A stretch of 64,000 nucleotides of DNA from Cladosporium halotolerans (Eukaryota), in contig NW_027191453.1 in assembly GCF_011745625.1 (NCBI RefSeq), positions 682,001-746,000 of the forward strand, written 5' to 3'. Every line of letters begins with the position of its first letter. Position 1 is the first letter of the stretch. A model generated the notes under the pieces. The model worked only from the letters and a program-made list of their open reading frames with translations, was not told the DNA's origin and did no database searches. Both the position numbers and the translations under genes were made by a program. Below, one piece after another: positions 15,701 through 28,312 of this stretch.

Positions 15701-17070
15701 TAACCTGGCACATCGGCTCGACGCCCAATCCTCAACGCACGGGAAAGGCATCCTCAGCAACATCTCGCTTCCACCCGCCTGCTTGCGGCGCCAGCTAGAT
15801 CGTCAACATATCAAAAACGAGCCGACCAGGCCATAGACCATGCTCAATCCAGTTGCACATTGGCAATCCTTTGCATCTGCGCCGCGCCGCGGCCGCCACG
15901 GTCTTCAACGCTGCAGGACGGCATCCCGTTGGCGACGTAGGATCTGCCCAGGCAGCGGATCATGCCGGTTGGCGAGATAATCGAGTTTCGCCTCGTCACA
16001 GTAGTGCCTCCTGCGCCTGCGCCGTGAGCCCCAAGGCTGCAAGACGGCAGCACGTCGACGACGGGGAGCCCGGACCGCGGTGTCGTGCCGCGCCGGTCGA
16101 CTCGATATGCGCAGGGCTCCTGCTTCCGCGCCACCTTCCATCCTCACGGACGGATGGAAGTATGCAACAACGGCAACGATCAGGACGGCGGAGGACTCGG
16201 GCCGCCGCGGTGTGCTGGTCTAACACAGTCGTAGGCGAGCAGGAGATCTCGATTCTCTCGCATCCAGTGCCGCGCCATCTTCACGGCTGCAGAAACGGCG
16301 ACGCCGTGCCGGGTCACAAGCTTGTGATACACTCTCCGTTGTCCCCTGTGTCGGCGGTGCGTCTCAACGACGAGGGATTCAGGCGGCGGCTTGCAGAGCG
16401 GTTCACGTGCCCCTGCATCAGCGCCGCGACGTTCTGTCCACGGGGAATATGGACCGAGCCGGAGGTCCATGCTGGCAAGCATATACATATGTGTACGCTG
16501 GAGGATCCCATTCCTCCGCATCCACTTCGCGCCAGCTTGCTTGCGTGCATGCATAATGGCAAGTAGCGCTCCGAGGGCGTAGGATCTGCACTACGTAAAC
16601 GAAATGAGTCTCCACTTTCTCCATTCGGTAGGTTGGAGGGCATACAATAGAGGCGAGGTAAGCTGTGGACGGGACGACAGGGTGCCAGCTAATATCGATG
16701 GAGGATACCGTCGAGATAGAAGATGTCATGAGCTGCACAAGCGAAGCCCTCTCCCTCCCGCGGCGTCGTTGGTCACGATCGTCATTAAGAGCTAGGAATG
16801 CGTGGCATGCAAAGGTAAGTCTTGACACGACAAGGATCGATCGGACGCGGCAGAAATCGTCATAGCGTCTCACATTGCATTTGCTAAAGTAGGGAAATGA
16901 AAAACAGGAGTCCGTAATCTATGTGCTTTTCGTTCTGTGCCTCCTCATTTCACATCGTCAGATCCGCCTCATCAATTCACGTCACTCGAATTCGCCTCCT
17001 CAAAACGTCCTCACACCCAGCCAGCCTAAAGCCTAGCAACCCTCGGTTCAGTCGCAGTCGCCGTATGGGT

Positions 17071-18964
<1,894 letters not shown>

Positions 18965-19980
18965 GTTGAGAGAATGTGTCGTGTTCGTGTTCTGCAGTCG
19001 AGTCAGAAAAGCCGCGTTCCCAACCAAAGGCCGTACAGCTCGAAGCTGGCAGAGCTGTCGACGTACCTCGTGAAGGGGTGAAGCAAGTTAATGCGGTGGG
19101 TGGGGTATAGCGTGCGGTATGGGTATCTTTGTTTTGGGAGGGAAGTCAGGCGGAGGAAAGATTGTCGATGGAGACAGTCAGGACAGCATCAGCACAGGCC
19201 CAGAAAGTGAGAGAGCGCGGTGGTTGGCGGGATATGGGCGGATGAGGCCTGTGACGTTCGACCCCGCGAGGTGGGGCAGCTCGCTGCACTTTGGCTGAGC
19301 GAAGACCGACGGGTTGCAGGCGGTGATAGTGCGCATGTGGTATAGAGTCAGCGCTTATATATCTCACGCATGTTCGCTTATGACAGCTCTTCTCTTCATT
19401 GGCATTATGACCAGGCCACATACAGGCAGTAAAGAGCATGTGCATATGTAGAGCTCACAACACCATAGAATCCACGTGACGCCATCCCAACTTCACGTGT
19501 CGCCGCAAGGCCTAGCCCACCGAAGAGGGTCCGGATAAATCCAGCATCAAGCAAGAAGGCAAAACAACAGTGGCGAAGCACAGACGCAGTGATGATTGAG
19601 CCACTGGGGATTTTCCACGCAGATTCTCACCACTGCAAGTCAGTTTGATGATTCTTCGTCCGTCTGAACCGCAGGTGGTGTCATCTACACAATACAGCTG
19701 ATTTCTTACATCAGACGCCGCGGAGATATCGAGCTTCGCCAATTTGATGGTCATAGCAAGATAACGCGAGGCATGTGTATGGGTACAGCAAGAAAATTGC
19801 GTCCATTGGATATATAGCTTCGCTGCAGTATAAGTCTACCAACAACTCAAACTGCGTGAGATCGTCCACCATCGCACGGAAAACCAAAAAGAACCGGGCG
19901 TCGCGGGAAAGAGTCCGCTTTATGGCTTTCCGTTCTTCATCAAACCCAACACTCCGAGAGTGCATGCACCTCATGACACT

Positions 19981-22080
19981 TTATCGCTGCTCAAACGCAT
20001 TGCCTTGAGAGATACTGCCGCCAGCGTCGCCAAGGCCTTCCACGGGCCTGTTGTACGACCAGCCGGCGAACTGCTGCTGCATTGTCTGACTGAGCATTGG
20101 GCCTTCAACGTAGCTGTCTGTTGGCGCCTCGCTGGTGAACTCCTTGTCGAAGTTGGCCGTGTCGCGCTCGTCGACGACCGAAGGCTTGAAGGATGGCTCG
20201 TACTTGCGGTCGAGGAGCTTGCGCCAGTCTATGCTGTGGAAGAAAGGGTGTGCCTGTTGCGATGTCAGTACTGTTTGCAGTCGGTCAAATCGAGCTATCC
20301 TTCTGAACATACCTTGATCTCCGAGGCACCATTGGTGCCCAGTCGTCTGGTGGCGTCGCGGTCCAAGAGCCTGGTCAAAAGATCTCGGGCCGCCGGAGGC
20401 ACAACATCTGGTCCAGGGAAGTGCAGAGGCTCTGCCAGGATTTTGCGGTACATCTCGTTTGTGTTCTCGTCGTAGAAAGGCGGCAAGCCAGTCAACATCT
20501 CGTAAAGAAGCACACCCAGGGTCCACCAGTCGACGGCTTTGGTGTAGCCTTGTCCATGAAGAAGCTCTGGAGCGAGATATTCAGGAGTGCCACAGAACGT
20601 GTTAGTCTTGTCCTCATCCTTCATGTCCAGCTTGCAAAGACCGAAGTCACACAATGCAATGTGGCCGACGTAGTCAACCAAGATGTTTTCTGGCTTCAGG
20701 TCACGATAGATGACACCGAAGCCATGCAAGCACTCAAGAGCACAGAGCAGCTCGGCGGCATAGAATCGAGATCTGTTGATGTCGAAGCGCTGTTCTTTCT
20801 GAAGGTGGTGGAAGAGCTCGCCGCCGTTGACGAAGGCCAAAACGAAGTAAAGCTTCTCTGGTGATTGGAAAGAGAACTTCAGCGGTACGATGAAAGGGTT
20901 GTTAATCTGCGCCAGCACAGATCGCTCCGCAAGGGTATGTGTGACTTCCGATCGGGAAATAATGTGCTGCTTCCTGATCGTCTTGAGGGCGTAGATCCGC
21001 TGGGTATCCTTCTTCATGACCTGCATGACTTTTCCGAAACTACCCTTTCCGACAACCTTCAGCAGCTCAAAGTCCTCGATCTTGAGGCTGTGCTGCGTGT
21101 TCTTCACGTACTTCACTCCTATCCGCAACGCACCAGTACCGTACTGGACATCATGCCACTGGACGCCGTTGGCAAGGCCATTGGTGGAGCTCAGCGGCAG
21201 TCCAGACTTGTCCTTCTTGCTCTTGCTGTCTGTTCCGGCTGGTTGCGCAGCACCGGAGTCGGCATCCTCGCTGAATGATGGTGTGATTCTGCATGTACCG
21301 ATGAAGATATCCTGTTGTCTTCCTGCGTTCGGCGGTGCGGATGGGTTACGCATATAGAGGGAGAGACTGAGCTCGGTAGTCCTGCTGACATCGAACTTGT
21401 ACTGTGTGCTCTCACCAGGCCAGAGCGGGTTCTCCGGAGTGCCAGAAACTGCGTTCACAAAGACTTGCTGCTTGTCGAAATCAAGGAGCGCGTACGGCAG
21501 GTACTTGCTGTGATATCTGCCGTGAGTGGAGGGAACGGCATTGATTCCGCCAGCAGAAGATGCTGGACGGTAGTTGGCTTGCATCTGGCTCGAACCAGGT
21601 CTTGCACTGTTACCCATGTAAGAGCCAGCCGCAAAGCTACCAGTGGACACACTGGACCCGTGGCCAGGTCGCTGAAACGATTGTTCTGCTCCTGGCGGCA
21701 AGCTGAATCCCTTTCCTTCATGTAGCGTCAAGATCAAGATACCCGGCCTAACCGGCGCCACAGGAGGTGAGACCAAGGCCTCAGATGCGGCGATGTTCTG
21801 TGCATCGTTGCCGTTGCTGCTTGTGCTGTGCTGTAGGTTGGAGGTGGGAGTCTGGGTACCTGGCGTCGGAGGGCCGGACGGCGACTTGGCGGGAGCGTCG
21901 GTGATGGTAGACTGGGAGGAAGAGCGGGAGAAGGTGTTGGCGAGAGGTGCAAGATGAGTCTCCTTCAGCTCTGGGCTTTGTCAGCGTCATGACTCCGGGC
22001 AGTGAGGTGTTGGCGGTGACATCGTGGACGAGTCACAGCGGTGTCGGGGAAAACGTACTCTTGGTGAGCTTCCACGACAT
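19981..22080 (-). CDS. YPK1: AGC kinase Ypk1/Gad8 (SGK-like) with C2-like N-terminal domain, 3 exons
   Basis: Start MSWKLTK | intron | KLKETHLAPLANTFSRS. Kinase motifs GKGSFGKV, IYRDLKPEN, DFG and TFCGTPEYLAPE are present. After a second intron (~20256-20312) come the turn motif and hydrophobic motif QQFAGWSY. Confidence 0.95.
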
Positions 22081-22788
22081 GGCGACGGTGCAACACTACC
22101 TGGCGGTCGTGTGCGAGGGCAGGACTTGTGGATGGAAACAACGAGGGCCGTCCCAGGAGGAGGAGGGGTAGGGGCAGCGCGGGAGGAAGCGGTCGATGGT
22201 GGGGCGGAGAGAAGCAGGCTCCTGGGTGAGCGACGACAATTGGCGGGCCCAGAGGGCGACGGGGCGGAGTTGCAGGCGAGGGCGGGCGACGGGAGACGAG
22301 GCCGTGTCGACACCAGGAGGGCGGTGGTGGACGGCGGGGTGCAACGGGAGCGTGGTGGTTGCGTGTTGTGTGTGTCTCGCAGGGCTGTTGCGCAGCACAG
22401 GAGAGTTTGGGCTAGGGTGGCAGTGCCGTTCGAGCCGCCAGTTGCTGGTGCGCCGGCGCCCGTGTGGAGAGGCAGTGGAGCAGAGCGGACAGGCGCTGGT
22501 GACGATGCGCGTTGCGACCACCCACCACCGCCTGCGCACTCGCACTGCTGCGACACCATCCCGGCACGCCATCCTTTAAGCGATACCGCACTTCAAACAC
22601 CCACACTGCGCATCCGCCAGGCCATGCACCCGTAGCGCAGCGCGACCCATGCGACTAGCGCCTCCGCCACCACCACCCCTGCTGCTCGACAACTCCGCTA
22701 GCAGCATCACCACCACCGCCTCCGACGCGCCGCCCGCACTTGCCGACCTCCGTACCGACCGCGCCGTGCGCGAGCATCTATACCGATC

Positions 22789-24351
22789 ATGGGTCTCATG
22801 ATCAAGCCGAAGGGCGCGCCCCGCGACGCGAGCGGGTCCGGCGGCGGCGTCAAGTTCATCTGCAACGTGTGCAGCAACGACATTACCTCCACCGTGCGGA
22901 TCCGGTGTCGCGCAAACGAATGTACCGACTACGACCTCTGTGTGACCTGCTTCAGCCAGGGCGAACACAATCAGAAGCACGACCCGCGCACGCATGCCTA
23001 CAATGTCATCGAGCCCCACAGTATACCGATCTTCGACGAGGGTTGGGGTGCGGACGAAGAGCTGCTGTTGTTGGAAGGCGCGGAGACTTATGGTCTGGGA
23101 AGTTGGGCGGACATAGCAGACCACATTGGTAATTTCAGGGAGAAGGACGAGGTGCGGGATCATTATATCAAGACATACCTTGACTCTGGCAAGTTCCCGC
23201 TTCCGGAGAGGGCAAGCCCCAACGATACCACATTAAGCGACAGTATACCTCGAGAAGAATTCCAGGCGCGTAAGAAGAGACGGATAGAAGAGCGTAAGGA
23301 GGCTATTGCTGCGTCGCAGATTACCGGTCCGGCTCAACAGAAGCCCACGAGCTCTGTTCCCAGTTGCCATGAAGTTGCTGGATACATGCCTGGGCGTTTG
23401 GAGTTCGAGACGGAGCATCTTAACGAGGCAGAAGAGGCCGTTCAGCATATGCAGTTCTCGCCCGATGCAGGTTACAACCCTGCCACGGGCGCACTCGAGC
23501 CCGAGCTTGACCTCAAGATGGTAGTTATGGGTGTCTACAATGATCGCCTTACCGCACGAACAGATCGCAAACGTGTTATATTCAACCACAGGCTACTGGA
23601 CTATCGCAAAAACATGGCAATCGACAAGAAGCGCTCAAAAGACCAACGCGACCTGTACCACAAGCTCAAGCCCTTTGCTCGCATGATGTCTCATCCAGAC
23701 TTCGTGTCAATATCAGAAGATTTGGAGAAGGAACAGAATCTTCGTCAGGCCATCACACAGCTACAAGACTGGCGACGAATGCGGGTCTCCACTCTCGCAG
23801 CAGGCGAGAAGTACGAAGGAGAGAAAGCTGCTCGACAAGCCCGCACAACGCAAGCACTCGGACAGTTCGACCGACTCGCCGGAGGTGTCCGCAACAGGCA
23901 AGCCCAGGCCCCTCAAGAAACAGCACAAGCAGTGACGGACTACACGACAAAAGATATCCCGGTCCGCCTATCGCCCGCCAACCCCTCAGCTCCTACGAAC
24001 GGTGCAGGAGGCGGACCCAACGGCCTCGCCACCCCACCCATGCCTTCGCCCAAATCTCGCGCCTCTCTCCAGCCAGTCCCTACAATCACGCCAATCACGT
24101 TGACGGGCGAAAACGCGCCTGACCTGCAGCTTCTGCTCCCGGCCGAGCGCGACCTATGCGCCAAGCTGCGTCTGCAGCCCAAGGCGTATCAGGCGATCAA
24201 AGAGAACATCTTCCGCGAGGCCATGAAACAGGAAGGCAAGCTTAAGAAGAAGAATGTGCGCGAGATCAGCCATATCGATACGACGAAAGGCGGGCGCATA
24301 TTCGAGTTCATGCTCGAGGAAGGCTGGTTGGGCAATGCGGCGAGGACGTGA
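22789..24351 (+). CDS. ADA2: SAGA/ADA transcriptional adaptor Ada2 (ZZ finger, SANT, SWIRM)
   Basis: C..CSNDITSTVRIRC...C.DYDLC..CF; WGADEELLLLEGAE.YGLGSWADIADHIG; GYMPGRLEFE.E..NEAEEAV; C-terminal SWIRM-like ERDLC..LRL.PK.Y...IDTTKGGRIFEF. Confidence 0.96.
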   Translation: MGLMIKPKGAPRDASGSGGGVKFICNVCSNDITSTVRIRCRANECTDYDLCVTCFSQGEHNQKHDPRTHAYNVIEPHSIPIFDEGWGADEELLLLEGAETYGLGSWADIADHIGNFREKDEVRDHYIKTYLDSGKFPLPERASPNDTTLSDSIPREEFQARKKRRIEERKEAIAASQITGPAQQKPTSSVPSCHEVAGYMPGRLEFETEHLNEAEEAVQHMQFSPDAGYNPATGALEPELDLKMVVMGVYNDRLTARTDRKRVIFNHRLLDYRKNMAIDKKRSKDQRDLYHKLKPFARMMSHPDFVSISEDLEKEQNLRQAITQLQDWRRMRVSTLAAGEKYEGEKAARQARTTQALGQFDRLAGGVRNRQAQAPQETAQAVTDYTTKDIPVRLSPANPSAPTNGAGGGPNGLATPPMPSPKSRASLQPVPTITPITLTGENAPDLQLLLPAERDLCAKLRLQPKAYQAIKENIFREAMKQEGKLKKKNVREISHIDTTKGGRIFEFMLEEGWLGNAART

Positions 24352-24703
24352 GGCATTGCATGTCATTGAGATTGCTGCCTCGTCTGCCTTTTATTGCTAG
24401 TAATTATGAGCGCTTGATAACCGTTACAGAAAATATCAAATCTTGAAGCTTCTCTATCACGTACAAATATTCGACGAATTTCAATCTCTCTTAGCATGTT
24501 GACATCACAGCAAGGTCTGCGGTTTGGGAGTACCACATAATCCCGAAAACTAACAACGGCAAGGAAGCATCACCCACGCGACAGAAGATTTATGTGAAAC
24601 GTTTGCATTGTCATATCGTACGTATCGATCGTTATCATTCTTGCGCTGTCGCGGCCAACAGAACATCAGAAACCCGCAAAAGAAAACTCCACAGTCCAAT
24701 CAT

Positions 24704-25573
24704 TCAGCCAAATACCAGCGCTCTGACCTCAATGCTCTCCCTGCCCGGCCAGCTCTCCTTCGTCCTCGGATCAACAAACGCCGAGTGCGGCGTCCTCGCT
24801 CCATCCTGACTATCATAGCACTGCAGCAGCACCCTCTCGTCGTTCGTCATCCCGCTCAAGTAGTGCCACTTGCCCGTCGGCGAGTACTTGACGCCCGCCG
24901 TCTCGCCCGTGCGGTGCGGGTAGCGGTGCTGCACGCCAACGACCTGGTCGTCCGGCACGGTCTTTGAGTCCGCATAGGCCAGCGGCGACGCGACCACGGG
25001 CCCGTTGAGCGGGCGCCAGACGTTGATGAGCCGTACGCGGTCTTTCAGCAGCGCCTCGGCCTCGTCGCCCATGTGGTAGTGCACGCGAGTCTCGGCGCTG
25101 GCGCGCGTCTGGTCGATATGCGCGCGGGTGACGGGGGCGCGCGGCGCGTTGGGGTCGGAGCGGCGCACGGTGTGGTCGAAGATGAAGATGCGTTTGGAGC
25201 CGGGGACGTTGGCTAGGAGGGTCTTCTCGACTTCCGGGTAGTAGTTTGCCTTGATGCTGGCGTCGTCGGTGAAGTCCTTCTCGGCGCTGGGGGGAAGGTT
25301 TTGCAGGACGCCGAAGCCGTTGACGTTGAAATCGTATTCTGACTCGTGGCCGCGGATGTCGTGGATGGTGACCGGGTGGTTATCCTCGGTATAGTTTCGC
25401 TGGGGCTGGCCCTCGGGAGGCTTCTCGACGTAGTTGAAAGGTGCTGAGCCGTCGGCAGGAGGTCCGTAGAATGTCAATTCCGTCTCGACGGGTCCTCGAG
25501 GGATGTCGATGGGCTCTTGAGACTTCACATCGAAGCTGATGGGCTTCGATGTTTGAGTCGCGGTGGTCGTCAT
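24704..25573 (-). CDS. AsaB/CmcJ-like (GA4-desaturase-like) Fe(II)/2-oxoglutarate-dependent oxygenase family protein
   Basis: Motifs YYPEVE, IFDHTVRR, AHIDQT (HxD), INVWRPL..PV..SPLA..D, TPHSAF.DP and RESIEVRALV. Confidence 0.85.
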   Translation of the reverse strand: MTTTATQTSKPISFDVKSQEPIDIPRGPVETELTFYGPPADGSAPFNYVEKPPEGQPQRNYTEDNHPVTIHDIRGHESEYDFNVNGFGVLQNLPPSAEKDFTDDASIKANYYPEVEKTLLANVPGSKRIFIFDHTVRRSDPNAPRAPVTRAHIDQTRASAETRVHYHMGDEAEALLKDRVRLINVWRPLNGPVVASPLAYADSKTVPDDQVVGVQHRYPHRTGETAGVKYSPTGKWHYLSGMTNDERVLLQCYDSQDGARTPHSAFVDPRTKESWPGRESIEVRALVFG

Positions 25574-26681
25574 GATGGGATGCTTCGGTGATGCGGATCC
25601 GCGATCACAAGTTAATGATTCGGATATTGGTGGTGTTGCTTCTGTAAAGCCTAGTTTTGAATGGAGAGATTGATGGATGAGTATTTAGGACAGATGAGCG
25701 GTCAATGTCAGTATATATACAGATATACTACATGGAGAGTTCGCCATCTAAACGCTCGCAATGGTTGTATTTGTAAAATGAGGCGACGTGATCTGACAAA
25801 CGTCATCCATAGATCCGTCTTACCGAGCTTCAATGTTCTGGTGGCGTCTTCTCGAATGCGGAGACTGCAGATCAGCCAATCAGCGTGCAGTGGCCTTCAG
25901 GTGCTTAATAAATCAGCGCCATGCATGTTTACAAATGGCGCCTCTAGATTATTGCGTGCTTCTAGCTTAGAAGTACGCTGGGGAAAGCGGCAATAATGCT
26001 GCACTTCAATACCGTCGCATGATCGTTGTAAGCTCGGCGCTCTCACGAAGAACCTTTTGAAAGACTCAAGATAGCTTCTGCAGTTATATTGGTTATCTAT
26101 ACAGTTGATTAATTTGAAGCCCCTTTCCTTTCACAAAGGGATCAATAACTGCCGATGGTAAATACTCAAGTGTCCTCCTGCGCAGGTAGTATTTCTTTTA
26201 ATTTCAATGACCAATAGTTTGCCACTAGCACCAAAGTAGCTGCTATGTTTTCCGCCAAGCAATTCTCAGATGCTCATCATAAAGTACATAAAGGTCCAGG
26301 CTCTTGAATTACATGGCTATAAGTGGACGACAGCTTTTGCTTTCGCTGGGTCGGTTCATAGAAAATGAATTGGGCCAGCACAAATTCAGATAAGATGGTT
26401 GTTATGCAGAGCCGCGCTTGCTTGCGTGGTGGATTGATCAGCAATGGAAAAAGTGGATTTGAACCTCGGCTGTTTCAACACATTCGGCCAACAGCTGTCA
26501 GATTGATGTTGTATGCTCACACAGATACAGTACGGTGATCAAAGCTTTCAGATACTATATATTCCCTGAAATCTGCACTGTCAAGGTCAAAGTCAACTGC
26601 ATTCCACCAACCGTGCACGCCATTTCCCTGCTGAATCCAGCAAGCTATCACAAAACAGCGTCACAGGCCAACAAAATAACC

Positions 26682-27731
26682 ATGGTGCAAGCACGTCAAT
26701 GGATTCTCACCAACCAGCCCGAGGGCCTTCCCGTCCTCGACGGACCTGATGCCACATTCACCCTCAAAGATGCTGAGACCGGAGCCCTCCAGGATGGCCA
26801 AATCTTAGTCAAGACCGTCTACCTTTCGAATGACCCGGCGCAGCGTGGCTGGCTTCGCAAGATGGAAGACCCGTCCCGTTTGTACGTCCCTCCCGTTGGC
26901 AAGGGAGAAGTCATGCGTGCACGCGCTCTCGCCGAGGTTCTCGAGTCGTCCGCCTCGAACTTCAAGAAGGGCGACATTGTGATTGCACCGACCGGCTGGG
27001 CAGAGAAGATCGTTCTCTCGGCTAGCGCTTGCCAGGCTGCTCCTCCTCTTCCCAACAACCTTAGCGTCACCCACTACCTCGGTGCTCTCGGTCTTACTGG
27101 TCTGACTGCCTACTTTGGCCTGACGTCTGTCGCGAGAACATCTGCCTCGGATGTTGTCGTCATCTCTGGTGCCGCCGGTGCCACTGGCAGCATGGCGGTC
27201 CAGATTGCGAAGAAGATTCTGGGAGCCAAGCGCGTGATCGGTATAGCCGGCTCGGACTCAAAGTGCAAGTGGGTTGAGTCCATCGGTGCCGACCAGTGCC
27301 TGAACTACAAGTCTGCGTCTTTCGCCGGAGACCTCAAAAAAGCCACTCCTGATTTTGCCGATGTCTACTTCGACAACGTCGGTGGCGAGATTCTGGACTT
27401 GATGCTCACTCGCATGGCGAAGCATGGCCGCATTGCTGCCTGCGGCGCCATCTCCAACTACAACAGCGCCGGCGATGCGCTGACCGGCCTGAAGAACTGG
27501 TTCGAGGTCATCAGCATGAGGATCGAGATCAAAGGCTTCATCGTCATGGACTTCATGAACAAGTGGGGCGAGACGCTTGAGCTGTTCAAGAAGGCCGTCA
27601 CGGATGGAAAGCTGACTGTCGGCGACGAAGCCGAGCACATTGTTGAGGCAGGCTTCGAGGAGATCCCGAAGGTTTGGATGGGTCTCTTTGAGGGTGCCAA
27701 CCAGGGCAAGCTGCTCACTAAGATCAAGTAG
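26682..27731 (+). CDS. NADP-dependent alkenal/enone reductase (PTGR/LTB4DH-type, zinc-independent MDR)
   Basis: Start MVQARQW. Motifs YLSNDPAQRGW, GALGLTGLTAYFG, VISGAAGATGS, GIAGS..KC, YFDNVGGEIL, CGAISNYN and GAN.GKL. Confidence 0.92.
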   Translation: MVQARQWILTNQPEGLPVLDGPDATFTLKDAETGALQDGQILVKTVYLSNDPAQRGWLRKMEDPSRLYVPPVGKGEVMRARALAEVLESSASNFKKGDIVIAPTGWAEKIVLSASACQAAPPLPNNLSVTHYLGALGLTGLTAYFGLTSVARTSASDVVVISGAAGATGSMAVQIAKKILGAKRVIGIAGSDSKCKWVESIGADQCLNYKSASFAGDLKKATPDFADVYFDNVGGEILDLMLTRMAKHGRIAACGAISNYNSAGDALTGLKNWFEVISMRIEIKGFIVMDFMNKWGETLELFKKAVTDGKLTVGDEAEHIVEAGFEEIPKVWMGLFEGANQGKLLTKIK

Positions 27732-27927
27732 ATGAGACGCCAAAGACTCTGTCTTGGAACGAATGTAATGAGAATGAATAGGATCGCCGTGATTTCACAC
27801 TAGAACACTCAGCCAACCAAGCTCGCCATTTCACGATGATACCGCAATACAACTAGGCAGGTCTCACAACACCCCACCCTTTCCCTCTCGACAGCTGTTT
27901 CTGGAGGTATTTCCATCCTGTCAATCT

Positions 27928-28312
27928 CTAGAAAACCTCCACGAGCAGTGCAGTCAAGAAACCATTTTCTTTCGCAAGCTTCTTCGGGAAAATCATCCCA
28001 TTCCTGGTATAGTCCATTAAAGCACCTCGACTGCTATGACGCTGAATAAGGACGCCAGCTTGCTTCGCATATATGAGATCGAGAATGTTGACGTTGGCAC
28101 TCTTCAAGATCTGTGGGAGTTGGTTAATACGGGACGGTCTCTTCGTTGGGCTCATAACTCACCCTCTTGCACTGCTTAATCGAAGGTCCAATCTTGACGC
28201 CGCAATCGGCGCAGAGGCGTTGCAAGCCTTCGAGCTTTGATTCGTCGTCGCCATAGTTCATGTCGAATTGATCTAGCATTTCGCGATAGCGGTGCCATTT
28301 TCTTCTTGCCAT
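27928..28312 (-). CDS. Small conserved fungal hypothetical protein (~110 aa), 2 exons
   Basis: Intron 28162-28111 (gtgagt...cag) joins F..NYG.D..KL..LQ.LC...G......SI.QCKR to L...NVNI.DL...L..YT...IFPK..AK..G.L..LL, a motif pattern recalled from a widespread fungal family of unknown function. Confidence 0.7.
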
